From Octopus vulgaris (Eukaryota), in assembly GCA_951406725.2 (NCBI GenBank), contig OX597832.1, positions 42,284,001 to 42,348,000 of the forward strand: 64,000 bases of DNA, in the 5' to 3' direction. Of the stretch, positions 14,431-28,249 are shown piece by piece; the stretch's first letter is position 1, and each line of letters opens with the position of its first letter. The notes under the pieces are model-generated. The model was not told where the DNA came from and did no database searches. It saw nothing but the letters and a program-made list of their open reading frames with translations. A program made the translations under genes and the position numbers.

Positions 14431-14979
14431 CTTCAACACAGACGTCACCGATTGGTTCGGTTTCCGGGAGTAGCTTCTACTATATCCTTAGCAGTAACAT
14501 CCGTGAAATTCTTCTTCCAGGTGTTCGGTTCACTATAGTTTTAAAAGCCGACAGGGTGGGGCACGCCAGGCCGATATTTTTCTTTCTTTCTTTCTTTTTG
14601 TATAATGCCAGAACATTGAAGAAAATATTGCGAGTGAGAGGTGTCAATTGGTCAATTGATCCCAGTTAATAAAAGAAGAAAAACGAAAAAGAAGTGAAAA
14701 ACTAACAAAAAAAAAAAGAAAAAATAAAACGCCGGTTTTTTGAGGTTTATTTCATTCATAACCGAATCGGTAGCAAAACGCTGGAATTGCTAAAACCTGA
14801 AATCGAAACTAGGATCTTACCATCATACACATCAGTATCATACATACGGTAATAAGTATCACACACATGCGCACACACACACACACACACACACATACAC
14901 ACACAGACACACGCACACACACACACAGATATACACACACGTATAAAATATATGCGTGTATATATATATATGTGTGTGT

Positions 14980-15427
14980 TCTTTTATCTTTTTAGTTTTT
15001 TGTTTCAGTCATTTAACTGCGGCCATGCTGGAGTACCACCTTTAGTCGAGCAAATCGACCCCTCCCATCCCCACCGCCAGGACTTATTCTTTGTAAGCCT
15101 AGTACTTATTCCCATCGGTCTATTTTGCCGAACCGCTATGGTACAGGGACGTAAACACACCAGCATCGGTTGTCAAACGACGTTGAGTGTGTGTGTGGGG
15201 TACAAACACAGACACACAAACATATACATACATATATATATATATATGTGTATGTGTGTGTGTGTATACATGGGCTTCTTTCAGTTTCCATCTAACAAAT
15301 CCACTCACAAGGCTTTGGTCAGCCCGAGGCTATAGTAGAAGACACTTGCCAAAGGTGCCACGCAGTGGGACTGAACCCGGAACCATGTGGTTGGTAAGCA
15401 ACCTACTTACCACACAGCCACTCCTGC
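14980..15427 (-). mobile_element. SINE-A, full length (tRNA-type head, internal CA/TA microsatellite, gtaaaaga-type tail)
   Basis: Minus strand A box TGGCTGTGTGG and B box GGTTCAGTCC; many near-identical copies in the window. Confidence 0.92.
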
Positions 15428-15714
15428 ATCTACATAATATATACAATGTAATTATACAAATATATATATATTTATATATGATGTGTGTGCATATAAATAT
15501 ATTATATGCACACGTACACACAAACACAAACACCAGTATACATACATGGGGAGAGTAAGAGACGCACTTATGCAACTACTATGCATACTCATATGTGTAA
15601 ACGCGTGTGTGTATTATATACACTCCCATATATATACATATTGCGAACATATGTATGTACAAATGCATGTATATTATATGCATGCTTATAAGGTAGAACG
15701 TGGTGAATCTGTAC

Positions 15715-15870
15715 TCGGTCGTTCGCCCTGCTGGAAATAGATGTTAAATCCCTGGTAGAAGCATCATTCGAATGAAGAACACGCTGACAATGTAAGTCTT
15801 TCTGGATCTACTTTATGTGAACAATGTGACATGTTTGCCGGTTCGAGGCGTACCCAGGGTTAAACGACAA
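15715..15870 (+). mobile_element. Old interspersed repeat (family G)
   Basis: Core ggtcgttcgccctgctggaaatag recurs at ~47925 (+) and inverted at ~5575, ~7140, ~33785. Confidence 0.5.
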
Positions 15871-15890
15871 CGGTAACACATATCGATGCA

Positions 15891-16107
15891 TACTCTCTTT
15901 ACTCTTTTACTCGTTTCAGTCATTTGACTGCGGCCATGCTGGAGCACCGCCTTTTTTTAGTCGAGCAAATCGACCCCCCGGGACTTATTCTTTGTAAGCC
16001 TAGTACTTATTCTATCGGTTCTCTTTTGCCGAACCGCTAAGTTACAGGGACGTAAACATACCAGCATCGGTTGTTAAGCGATGTTGGGGGACAAGCACAG
16101 ACACACA

Positions 16108-16152
<45 letters not shown>

Positions 16153-16312
16153 TCACATATACGACGGGCTTCTTTCAGTTTCTGTCTACCAATTCCACCC
16201 ACAAGGCTTTGGTCGGCCCGAGGCTATAGTAGAAGACACTTGTCGAAGGTGCCACGTAGTGGGACTGAACCCGGAACCATGTGGTTGGTAAGCAAGCTAC
16301 TTACCACACAGC
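15891..16312 (-). mobile_element. SINE-A, near full length
   Basis: Colinear with the other copies. Confidence 0.92.
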
Positions 16313-16369
16313 GTATGGTACATACATAGTACATGGGTACATACATACATAGACGCACCCATATCATTT

Positions 16370-16563
16370 ATCTCTTATTTATTTTAGTCATTAAACTGCG
16401 GCCATGCTGGGGCACCGCCTTGAAGAATTTTCAGTCGAACTTATCGATCCAGTACTTATTAAATTTTGTAAAGCCTGGTACTTGTTCTATCGGTCTCGCT
16501 AAGTTTCGAGGACGTAAACACACCAACACCCGTTGTTAAGCGGTGGCGGTAGTAGTGGTGGAT

Positions 16564-16622
<59 letters not shown>

Positions 16623-16725
16623 TATATATATATATATACATTTATATAGGACGGGCTTCTTTCAGTTCCCGTCTACCAAATCTAATCGCAAGGCTTTGAA
16701 CAACCCGAGGCTATAGTGACCCAAG
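16370..16725 (-). mobile_element. SINE-A older subfamily, head lost
   Basis: Variant tail ggggcaccgccttgaag. Confidence 0.8.
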
Positions 16726-16913
16726 GGGTCACATATATGAAGTATAAAGCGGGCAACATACATGCCTGTATATAAAGACACATATAGTCACCCACAAACA
16801 CATGCACTAAACATACATACATGTGTATATGAGCGTGTATATGCATGTGTGCGTCTGTTTTTGCGTGTAAGCGTGTACCATTCAATGTAGATATGCACTC
16901 ACATATTCAGCTT

Positions 16914-16978
<65 letters not shown>

Positions 16979-17393
16979 AGACACACACACACACACATAC
17001 ACACACACGCATATACTGACGCACACACACTCAAAGACACATATTTGAGCAATGTGTATGTATGTATATATATATATATATACATACATACATATATATA
17101 TATATATGTGTGTGTGTATGTGTACGCACACACACATACACACACATATCTATATGTATATATATATATATGTATATATAATAACAATTTAATAAATAAA
17201 ACATATGCATATATACATACAAACAAACATAATTGTATTTGACTATACAGTAAGTTCTTTTGTCCGTATTAACATCTCTGTCAATGTGAAAAGATAAGAC
17301 CACTGCCACTATACGGCCATCCTTCAGTTCGTTTAGTTGTAACATGGGAGCATGTGCGCGTATGTCTATGTGTGTGTATCTGTGTGTGTGGAT

Positions 17394-17433
<40 letters not shown>

Positions 17434-17702
17434 GGATAAAACTTACTTGGAAGTGGATGCGTGGCGTTCGATCATATAATAACAAATTAATAAATAAAAC
17501 ATATGCATATATACATACATATATGTACATACCTGCATCTATATCTATATATACGTGCATATACGGGTACAGGACACCCCCAAAAAAAAAACGTATAACA
17601 CAACAAGAAACGAAAACATGAAAACAAAAACATGGAAACGGACTTTTTTTTTCAAACAACGAAAAAAACAGAGTACGTTTATATACACATAAATGTAGGT
17701 AT

Positions 17703-17759
<57 letters not shown>

Positions 17760-17929
17760 CATATGTTTTATTTATTAATTTGTTATATATATATATATAT
17801 ATATATATACAAGCACATACATATATATGTACATGGACACACACATATATATATATGCACACATAGAGATATATAAATTATACACACACACATATACATA
17901 CACATACATACACATAATATTGATTTCAG

Positions 17930-18130
17930 ATTTTGGCACAAGGCCGGTAATTCCTGGGTTGGAGGTAAGTCGCCTACATCGACCTCACTGCTCAGCTGGT
18001 GCTTATTTTAGTTGAGCCCCGAAAGGATGGAAGGTAAAGTCGACCTGAGCGGAATTTGAACTCGTAACATAAAGACGGAGGACGACACATGAGTACAAAT
18101 TATTGGATGCTGGAAAATCTTCGCAAATCG
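17930..18130 (-). mobile_element. SINE-B, diverged, tail type 2
   Basis: cccgaaaggatggaaggtaaagtcgacc...ggaatttgaactc; tail ttttggcacaaggcc. Confidence 0.75.
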
Positions 18131-19245
18131 TTTAACTCCGAGTTTTTCTCGTTTTTCTCGTCTCCGATATATTTCAACATTAATAATTTCACTCAGACAC
18201 ACACACACACACGCTTACACACACATACACACACACTCACACACATATACACACACGCACGCACATACACACGCTTACACACACGCACGCACTCTTACAC
18301 ACACACATGCACACACACATACACACACGCACTTACATACACACTTACACACACGTACTCTTACACACACACACACACATGCACACATACACTTACACAC
18401 ACACGCTTACACACATGTACACACACTTACACACACACATGCACACACATACACTTACACACACATGCACACACACTTACATACACGCACTCTTACACAC
18501 ACAAATGCACACACACACACACACACACACTTACATACACACTTACACACACGTACTCTTACACACACACACATGCACACACATACACTTACACACATAC
18601 ACTTACACACATGCACACACATACTTACATACACACATTTAAACACACACACACACACAAACACACAAATGAACACACACGCAAACACACACATGCGCGC
18701 ATATATACATTTTTATATTCTACTCAAATTCTCTCTGGAGAGCAGAGAAGATATGGGCGTAGCCATGATATTTCTACGGAGGATTTTTTACAATCATTCA
18801 AACGGATCCATCATTAACTGACTGATTCGAGAGAAACACAGAATCAAAATGAATTCTACGATAATAACTACTACATCTGCATTGCATGGTGCCGTGTGTG
18901 GGTTCGTCCGAACCGGCTGCAATGTGTGAGCTGGTCGAAGCTGTGGCAGAAGCGGCGGCGTGTCCAAGATGTTTTCCAACGAGGCAGCGCATGAGTTCGG
19001 AGTAAATTCTTATATGTGCCGATAAATACATATACAGTATATACACACGCAGACACAGGCATAGACACACTCACGTGTACGCATTAATACATACATGCAT
19101 GACTGCCTGCTTGCCTGTCTGTCTGCCAGCCGGCCTACCTCCTACCTACCTACCTACCTATCCACCTTCTTACATACATATACATGTATACACATATGTA
19201 TGTATATAGGCTGGTAGATAGGTAAATAGGTAGATACATATATAC

Positions 19246-19284
<39 letters not shown>

Positions 19285-19287
19285 CAT

Positions 19288-19342
<55 letters not shown>

Positions 19343-19358
19343 GAGAGAGAGAGACATG

Positions 19359-19389
<31 letters not shown>

Positions 19390-19494
19390 CTATGTATATA
19401 TATATATATACATACACATATATATATATTCATATATTTGCATACATAAGCACACAAATACACACACATACGCACACACAGAGACACACATGCA

Positions 19495-19818
19495 TACTCT
19501 TTACTCTCTCTTTTACTTGTTTCAGTCATTTGACTGTGGCCATGCTGGAGCACCGTCTTTAGTCGAGCAAATCGACCCCAGGACCTATTCACTCACACAC
19601 TCACACACACATACACACAAACACACGCACACATATATATATACATACACATATATACGACGGGCTTCTTTCAGTTTCCATCTACCAAACCCACTCACAA
19701 GGCTTTGGTTGGCCTGAGGCTATAGTAGAAGACACTTGCCCAAGGTGCCACGGAGTGCGAATGAACCCGGAACCATGTGGTTGGTAAGCAAGCTACTTAT
19801 CACACAGCCACTCCTACG
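19495..19818 (-). mobile_element. SINE-A with internal deletion
   Basis: Head and tail intact, middle segment missing. Confidence 0.88.
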
Positions 19819-20085
19819 ATTATGATGCTAATATACACACACACATATATGCATTTGTGTGTATATGTGTGGTTGTAGTTATTGGTACATAAGAATTCTC
19901 TCAGCTGTCATGAGCTGCCTTATATACATACATTCATACATACATACATACATACACACATACATACACACATACATACATACACACATACATACACGCA
20001 TGCATACATACAAACACACACATTACTTACGCACTCATAACTATATATACATATATATACGAATGCGCGTATTTGTACACGGATG

Positions 20086-20147
<62 letters not shown>

Positions 20148-20830
20148 TGTATACACGCACGTACACACACTTACAGTGATAACTTGTTTATTTGCTTCTC
20201 CAGTTCTCGTCATTTCTGATGGATTACCAGGTCTGCCCTATTCAGTCCCTCTTCAATTTCGTCTATTAATCCTCTTTCCATGTATACGCCTGTCTGTCTG
20301 TCTGCCTGCCTGCCTGCCTGCCTGTCCGCCTGTCCGTATGTCTGTCTGTATGTATGTATGCATGGAGGCATGTGTGTATATACGAAGTACATGTATCATT
20401 TCTCCATCTCCAGCCCTGCTCTAGATATTTATCTTCACCAACTCCCTGTCTTGAATCCTACAGCTTTTATTAATAACGCTTACATACGTCACTACTCCGG
20501 TTATATATCATTTTTTGTTACACTGGATCTCACTCACTTTCCTTGTCTCCCCCCTCTCTCCTCTTTCTCGCCATCACTCTTTCTATACATACATACATAC
20601 ATACATACATACATACATACATACATACACACATACTCACATACATACGCACCAATACACGCACACACACCATGCAATACAGAGACTCTTAAGTATCGAT
20701 TTCTCTTTTCGTTGGTAAAGCAGACATGTGTGTGTGTGTGCGTGTGTATGTTTACACACAGACACACATACACACACACATACATATATATATACACACA
20801 GCCGTATAGACGAATATATACATACATACA

Positions 20831-20918
<88 letters not shown>

Positions 20919-21160
20919 TTTCTTTTGCTTGTTTCAGTCATTTTGACTGCGGCCATGCTGGAGCACCGCCTTTAGTCGAGAAAATCGACCCCAGGACTTA
21001 TTCTGTGTAAGCCTGGTACTTATTCTATCGGTCTTTTGCTGAACCGCTAAATTACGGGGACGTAAACACACCAGTTTCGTTTGTCAAGCGATGTTGGGGT
21101 AGACGCACACACAAACATGTACACACACACACACACACACACACATACACACATGTATAA

Positions 21161-21347
21161 AGTTAATCCAAACATGAAAACACAAAGAGAAAACACAACA
21201 ACGCGAGGAATAAGTATAGTATTATTGAACGCTCAAGAAATGAAAGAAAGAAGGAGGATTTAACGTTTCGAGTGGTGCTCTTCGTCAGAAACATAGGAAA
21301 AGGAAAGTTCAAAGGAGGTGAAGACGAAGGAAAAAAATAGCCAACGA
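21161..21347 (-). mobile_element. E1 short PLE-terminus-like element
   Basis: Homologous to 41213-41420 and 44232-44447. Confidence 0.8.
21258..21292 (-). ncRNA. Minimal type-I hammerhead ribozyme motif, canonical core
   Basis: GTTT-CTGACGA-A-GAG cacca CTC-GAAA-CG-TT-AAAT. Confidence 0.7.
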
Positions 21348-21599
21348 TAATATATATATATATACGACGGGCTTCTTTCAGTGTATCTAAATCAACCACA
21401 AGGCTTTGGTGGGCCCGAGGCTATAGTAGAGGACACTTGCCCAAGATACCACGCAGTGGGACTGAACCCGGAACCATGTGGCTGGTAAGCAAGCTACTTA
21501 CCACACACCCACGTTTGCAAAAATTCTTCGTAAAAGCAAAGAAGTTCTTGTGGGTATATGTTATACGAGCGGGCACTAGTGTTGCGATGTCATCCTTTT

Positions 21600-22011
21600 T
21601 TACTCAAGGCTCGAAATTTTTGGAGGAGGGGACCAGTCGATTAGACCGACCCCAGTACGCAGCTGGCACCTAATTTATCGACCTCGAAAGGATGAAAGGC
21701 AAAGTCGACCTCGGCGGAATTTGAACTCAGAAAAGTAAAGACAAAGGAAATACCGCTAAGCATTTCGCTAACGATTCTTATTTCTTTACTGCCCACAAGA
21801 GGCTAAACACAGAGGGGGCAAACAAGGACAGACAAACGGATTGAGTCGATTACATCGACCCCAGTGCGTAACTGGTATTTGATTTATCGACCCCGAAAGG
21901 ATGAAAGGCAAAGTCGACCTCGGTGGAATTTGAACTCAGAACGTAACGACAGACGAAATACCGCTAAGCATTTCGCCCGGTGTGCTAACGGTTCTGCCAG
22001 CTCGCCGCCTT
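21600..22011 (-). mobile_element. Two tandem SINE-B copies (full copy 21778-22011)
   Basis: Head ggcggcgagctggcagaa, B box GAGTTCAAATT, core gtcgactttgcctttcatcctttcggggtcgat. Confidence 0.9.
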
Positions 22012-22139
22012 AGTTTTGCGCTGTTATCGATTGATAATTCTGGCTATCGCTCGTGTGCTTATGTACTAATGTTTGTGGTTGGTTAATTTGACCATTTTTA
22101 GTACTTTTCACTTCCGAAAATCCAGTTGTCCCTATAGAT

Positions 22140-22380
22140 CAGTGCTTTTCAAACATTTTGCTGGAGCGGAACCCCAAGGAAACATTCCACTGGCTCGAGG
22201 AACCCCTGTGCAATAATTTAATAGTCTTATGCACACATATCTGCACAGGAGAATTAAAAATTACTGCCGATTTTAGCAGTTTTGTAACTTCTTGCGGAAC
22301 CCCTGGACTGTACTGGCGGAACCCCTGGACTGGACTGGCGGAACCCTAAGGTTCCACGGAACCCTGGTTGAAAACCACTG
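22140..22380. mobile_element. hAT (Charlie-like) MITE
   Basis: TIRs CAGTGCTTTTCAA / TTGAAAACCACTG; 8-bp TSD ctatagat/ctatagag; subterminal ggaacccc repeats. Confidence 0.88.
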
Positions 22381-22439
22381 CTATAGAGACTTCATTCTTT
22401 TCGATATAGCTTAAAGAAAAAGAAAATACACATAAAATA

Positions 22440-23130
22440 ATCACATTTTTAATCACTGTAGAGTCACAGTGTGAGGGCGCGTGGCTTAGTGGTTAGGGCA
22501 TTCGGCTCATGATCGTAAGGTTGTGAGTTCGATTCCCGGCGACGCGTTGTGTCCCTGAGCAAGACACTTTATTTCACGTTGCTCCAGTCCACTCAGCTGG
22601 CAAAAATGAGTTGTACTTGTATTTCAAAGGGTCAGCCTTGTCACTCTCTGTGTCACGCTGATTATCCCCGAGAACTACGTTAAGGGTACACGTGTCTGTG
22701 GAATGCTCAGCCATTTGCACGTTAATTTCACGAGCAAGCTGTTCCGTTGTTCGTATCAGCTGGGACCCTCGTCGTCGTAACCGGCGGAGTAAAAAGAAGA
22801 GTCACAGTAAGTTCTTTTTTGTCTACGTGACGTTTCAGCCATTTGTTAGTGTTCATACTTGCATTTTAAAGTACGTTATGATATAATAAATAAACAAAGG
22901 CCTCTTCCGAGCATTTTAAACTGTTATTTTTCGTTTCGTTCGAACGGAGAATTATTTCAACTGAATGGTAGAACGTTTGTTTCGTTTTTTCAACTGCTCG
23001 GTGGATGCTGTTATTTATTACATCATAACGCATTTGAAAGTGAAAGTATGGACACTCACAAATGGCTGAAAAGTCACGTAGGCAAAAAAAGAATTTGATA
23101 TGACTGCACAATGGTTAACAAGTGCATTCT
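22440..23130. mobile_element. Palindromic MITE-like element with >110-bp imperfect inverted arms; left arm split by SINE-C
   Basis: 22800-22915 is the reverse complement of 22990-23106; similarity continues at 22440-22470. Confidence 0.75.
22471..22797 (+). mobile_element. SINE-C, tRNA-derived with CORE-like body
   Basis: A box TGGCTTAGTGG, B box GAGTTCGATTC, tgtgtccctgagcaagacactt; 11-bp TSD agagtcacagt (22460-22470, 22798-22808). Confidence 0.88.
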
Positions 23131-23288
23131 CTGTTTTCTGTAAATGATATATATATATATAAAACATAATCGAATAGGGTAATAAAATAAATTATTATTA
23201 CCATTGGCCTAGCACAAAAGACGAGTTAGTCATTGAATTTATCCCCTTTTTGTGTTTCTAGCACTACGCTTCCTTTTTGGAAGCCTTT

Positions 23289-23363
<75 letters not shown>

Positions 23364-23545
23364 TGTATGTAGTATGTATGTGTATATATATATACACTCA
23401 TGCAGACATATATATATATATATATATATGTATTTATACTCGTATATACGCATACATATTCATGGACCTAGTTCTAGGTACACACACACACACACGCGCG
23501 CGCACGCGCACGCACACGCACGCACGCACATATATGTATATGTAT

Positions 23546-23703
23546 AGGCGTAGGAGTGGCTGTGTGGTAAGTAGCTTGCTTACCAACCACATGGTTCCGG
23601 ATTCAGTCCCAATTGCGTGGCACCTTGGGAAAGTGTCTTCTACTAGAGCCTCGGGCCGGCCAAAGCTTTGTGAGAGGTAGACGGAAACTGAAAGAAGCCC
23701 GTC

Positions 23704-23753
<50 letters not shown>

Positions 23754-23845
23754 GTGTGTGTGTGTATATATATGTCTGTGTGTCTGTGTTTCTTCCAACA
23801 TCGCTTGACAACCAATACTGGTGTGTTTACGACCCCGTAACTTAG
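23546..23845 (+). mobile_element. SINE-A, 3' truncated
   Basis: Colinear with consensus. Confidence 0.9.
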
Positions 23846-24257
23846 TGTAAATTTAGAGAGCGGCTCACATGATGCACACGAGTGTGTCGCTACAGAATTT
23901 GATATGTTCGTACTATATGTGTCCAATTTATGACTCAGGCAGCGGCCTTTCGTCGCGGCGATCGCAGCATTATGCACGTCTGTGACAATGAAATCCCAAC
24001 GTTTCTATAGCTTCCTCGCTCGTCAGGACACACGGATGGTGTTGTCTAGACAGGAGCAGTCGCGACTTCCTGTCCTTCAGTACGGCTGTGCCATCCGTTT
24101 AGAGTGATGTCAATGGAGTGTTGCTTGTTACACTGGGAGATTTTTCGTTATCCTAAAGGTCAATGACAAGGTGACACTAGATTTTTAAGAAGAGGGGCCC
24201 AAAAGTTAATCGTACTTGATAGGAAGTTGACAGCCATCACGCGCGTGTGTGTACGTT

Positions 24258-24430
24258 TCTTTACTCTTTTACTTGTTTCAGTCACTTGACTGCAGCCATG
24301 CTGGAGCATCGCCCTTTTTAGTCGAGCAAATCGACCCCAGGACTTATTCTTTGTAAGCCCAGTACTTATTCTATCGGTCTCTTTTGCCGAACTGCTAAGT
24401 TACGGGGACGTAAGCATACCAGCACCGGTA
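24258..24430 (-). mobile_element. SINE-A 3' half
   Basis: Colinear with consensus. Confidence 0.88.
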
Positions 24431-24560
24431 TTCATTTTCAACCTGGTGGACTGCAACAACGAGAAATAAAACATTTGGCTCAATAACACATCGCGTCTCT
24501 CGATCTGGGAGTCAAAACTACGATCGCAAGTCGAACACTCTATTCACTCGACCATACGTT
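24431..24560 (-). mobile_element. Decayed SINE-C
   Basis: gtggactgcaacaacgagaaataaa is the reverse complement of the SINE-C body. Confidence 0.55.
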
Positions 24561-25074
24561 TCCTTTTCAGGCCTAGTGTATTCCAAACTACATTACCATA
24601 TATGGTCATATTTTAAAAGGTTGTATTATTTTGTAATTCAACCCCAGGTGAGCCCAAATCAGTAACTAATGAAGACGTATTGATTGCAGAACATCCTGTT
24701 GTTCCCAAATGCTATTCACATCTTTGTCACAGTTTCGGTCTAAACCTCAAAATAAGTTTTAAATCGCGTTGTAAATGTTGACGAGTATATTTTGTTTGCG
24801 GTGCTGAGTTCGAATCTTTTTGTTGTCCGGGGAGAAGCAATGAGAAACTTCTTCAGTGTATTTCTTCTTCCTCTTCTCGAAAAAGTACCATTTTCACGCT
24901 GGATGTTGTATCGTGTTCAGGTGAACAGGTTTCAAACGCCAATGCCTGGCTCCTTAGAGTGTTTTTGCAACTCGGGGTACAATAAATAGCAGCAGGCAAT
25001 TCTGTTCGGGAAGTGCCAGTTTGTCGGTTTCATCGCTGTTATGAAGAGCTTTCGCTGAGAAACGCTGGATATAT

Positions 25075-25490
25075 CTCTTTTACTCCTTTTACTTGTTTCA
25101 GTCATGTGACTGTGGCCATGCTGGAGCACCGCCTTTGGTCGAGCAAACTGACCCCAGGACTTATTCTTTGTAAGCTTAGTACTTATTCTATCGGTCTCTT
25201 TTGCCGAACCGCTAAGTTACGGGGACGTAAACACACCAGCATAAGTTGTCAAGCGATGTTGGGAGGGACAAACACAGACACAAACATATACACACACATA
25301 CACATATATATACATACACATATATACGACGGGCTTCTTTCAGTTTCCGTCTACCAAATCCACTCACAAGGCTTTGGTCGGCCCGAGGCTATAGTAGAAG
25401 ACACTTGCCCAAGGTGCCACGCAGTGGGACTGACACCGGAACCATGTGGTTGGTAAGCAAGCTACTTACCACACAGCCACTCCTACACCT
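25075..25490 (-). mobile_element. SINE-A full length
   Basis: Colinear with consensus. Confidence 0.93.
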
Positions 25491-25499
25491 ATCACCTCT

Positions 25500-25549
<50 letters not shown>

Positions 25550-25589
25550 AGAGAGATGTAAGTGATGTACAGTATATTGATTTTAAGTT

Positions 25590-25790
25590 TTAGCACAATG
25601 CCAGGAGGTTCGGGGGATGGGGTAAGTCGATTACATCGACCCTATGATTCAACTGGTACTTATTTTATCGACTCCGAAGGGACGTAAGTCAACGTCGGCG
25701 AAATTCGAATTCAAAATGTAAAAGACGGGCGAAATGCCGCTAAGCGCTTTTGTAGAAGCGTGTCAACATTTCTACAAACTCGCCGCTTTT
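25590..25790 (-). mobile_element. SINE-B diverged
   Basis: gtcgattacatcgaccc...gaaatgccgctaagc. Confidence 0.75.
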
Positions 25791-26289
25791 TAGATATACG
25801 GTACTCGTATTAAAATATATTTTAAATAGTACAAGCATTATCATACTTTTGGCTGAGTAGCATGTCAACACGCACACACATAACGCGTTTCTGTACAGTT
25901 TCCGTATATAGAATTCTTTTTATTGAACATTGGTTAATCCGAACCCATTGTTATGTAGAAAGTACTTGTACAAAGTGCTGTGCTAAGGAGCGCCACCGGA
26001 ACCACGTGCAAGCGACGTTATGTTCATGAAATAGCAGCCAAGTTTGACCCCGTTCAGGAAGAAGAATGATAAGTAGCTAAAGTGTTAATAATCTGGAAAT
26101 TGCTGGGAAGATGCAACAAATTTGAAACGGAATGGGCGTTAAAAATAGCAGAAAAGGATATCAGTAGTTCCGACGAAAGGAAGAACGTCGAAATGAGGAA
26201 AAAACTCAAAAATAGTATCAGTCTCTCAGATCAGGATGAAATCGCAGTAAGTCACGACTAGATGCGAAAGAGCTTCATGCACGCACACA

Positions 26290-26446
<157 letters not shown>

Positions 26447-26566
26447 ACAAACTACTCACATGTCGCTAGTTACTTCTGTTCAATGGTTTCACGCTTGTAT
26501 CCGGGATCTGAGCACGGATTTTCATGAGATTTTTGTCGTAGTTGTTCTGTTCTACTTCAAAATACA

Positions 26567-26669
<103 letters not shown>

Positions 26670-26714
26670 ATGACTATGTATATGTTTATACATACGCATA
26701 CATACTCACGAGTA

Positions 26715-27224
26715 GCTAGATAGATCCTTAGACCATTCAGAACCAGATCATTCATGCTGCTCCAATGGAAAACATTTGCCCTCAGTTGTCTGGGTTACTG
26801 CTTCCAACTGTGGTCGCGGCAGAGCGTCAAATTGGAGTCGGAACTTGAGGCAATCCAGCGCCACTACGCAAAGAAGATTGACTCGGTGAAACAGATGAGC
26901 TACTGAGAAGAGGCTACAAGAACTGAAGCTCTGCTCCCTGGAGAGAAGGCGAGAAAAGTATGCAGTAATATACAGCTTGGGTTTCAGGAACCACAACTCT
27001 TTTACTCTTTTACTCTTTTACTTGTTTCAGTCATTTGACTGCGGCCATGCTGGAGCACCGCCTTTAATCGAGCAACTCGACCCCGGGACTTATTCTTTTG
27101 TAAGCCCAGTACTTATTTTATCGGTCTCTTTTGCCGAACCGCTAATTGACGGGTGACATAAACACACCAGCATCGGTTATCAAGCAATGCTAGGAGGACA
27201 AACACAGATACACAAACACACACA

Positions 27225-27276
<52 letters not shown>

Positions 27277-27600
27277 TACGACAGGCTTCTTTCAGTTTCC
27301 GTCTACCAAATCCACTCACAATGCTTTGGTCGGCCCGAGGATATAGTAGAAGACACTTGCCCAAGGTGCCACGCAGTGGGACTCAACCCAGAACCATGTG
27401 GTTGGTAAACAAGCTACTTATCACACAGCCACTCCTGTTTAACATCCTGACTAAGAACCTACGAGATCTACAAGGTGTTGGTGTGGAAACGTTCAAAAAG
27501 CTTTCTGGAGAAGTTTCTATCTGAAATCCCAGATGAGTCCACATCACGGCAGAAGAGCAGCATCGTCCAACTCGCTTCTTCACCAAAAAACTATACCGAA
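26715..27600 (+). pseudogene. CR1-type LINE ORF2 C-terminal fragment, split by SINE-A
   Basis: ILRPFRTR..MLLQWKTFALSCLGYCFQLWS..LEAIQRHYAKKI..MSY*E/RLQELKLCSLERRREKYAVIY, resuming after the SINE as FNILTKNLRDL..FKK/LEKFLSEIPDE. Confidence 0.85.
26996..27437 (-). mobile_element. SINE-A full length, inserted in the CR1 fragment
   Basis: Colinear with consensus. Confidence 0.93.
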
Positions 27601-27716
27601 AGGAGGCCTCAAAACACCGAAATCGCATTAAACATTTTGCCCGGCGTGTTAATGATTTTACTAGCACGACGCTTTAGAATTATTGTGTAATATTACAAAC
27701 ATATTATACCATTATA

Positions 27717-28100
27717 AGGAGTGGCTGTGTGGTAAGTAGCTTGCTAACCAACCACATGGATCCGGGTTCAGTCCCACTGCGTGGAATCTTGGGCAAGTGT
27801 CTTCTGCTATAGCCCTGGGCCGACCAATGCCTTGTGAGTGGATTTGGTAGACGGAAACTGAAAGAAGCCTGTCGTATATATGTATATATATATAAGTGTG
27901 TGTCTGTGTTTGTCCCCCTAACATTGCTTGACAACCGATGCTGGTGTGTTTACGTCCCCGTCACTTAGCGGTTCGACAAAAGAGACCGATAGAATAAGTA
28001 CTGGGCTTACAAAGAATAAGTCGATTTGCTCGACTAAAGGCAGTGCTCCAGCATGGCCGCTGTCAAATGACTGAAACAAGTAAAAGAGTAAAAGAGAGAG
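27717..28100 (+). mobile_element. SINE-A full length
   Basis: Colinear with consensus. Confidence 0.93.
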
Positions 28101-28160
28101 TTATAGCATCACCTTTATTTATATTTCTATAATGCCATAGTCTCCATTCTTCGACTTACT

Positions 28161-28249
<89 letters not shown>

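Larger units (their letters stand above)
20918..21512 (-). mobile_element. SINE-A interrupted in its internal microsatellite by an E1 element
   Basis: SINE halves at 20918-21115 and 21360-21512. Confidence 0.88.

Noticed and set aside
13696-14538. Long poly-Asp/Met/Ile/Ser ORFs, and all HT/VC/YI/LS dipeptide ORFs in the track
   Set aside because: Stop-free frames of microsatellites; no coding signal
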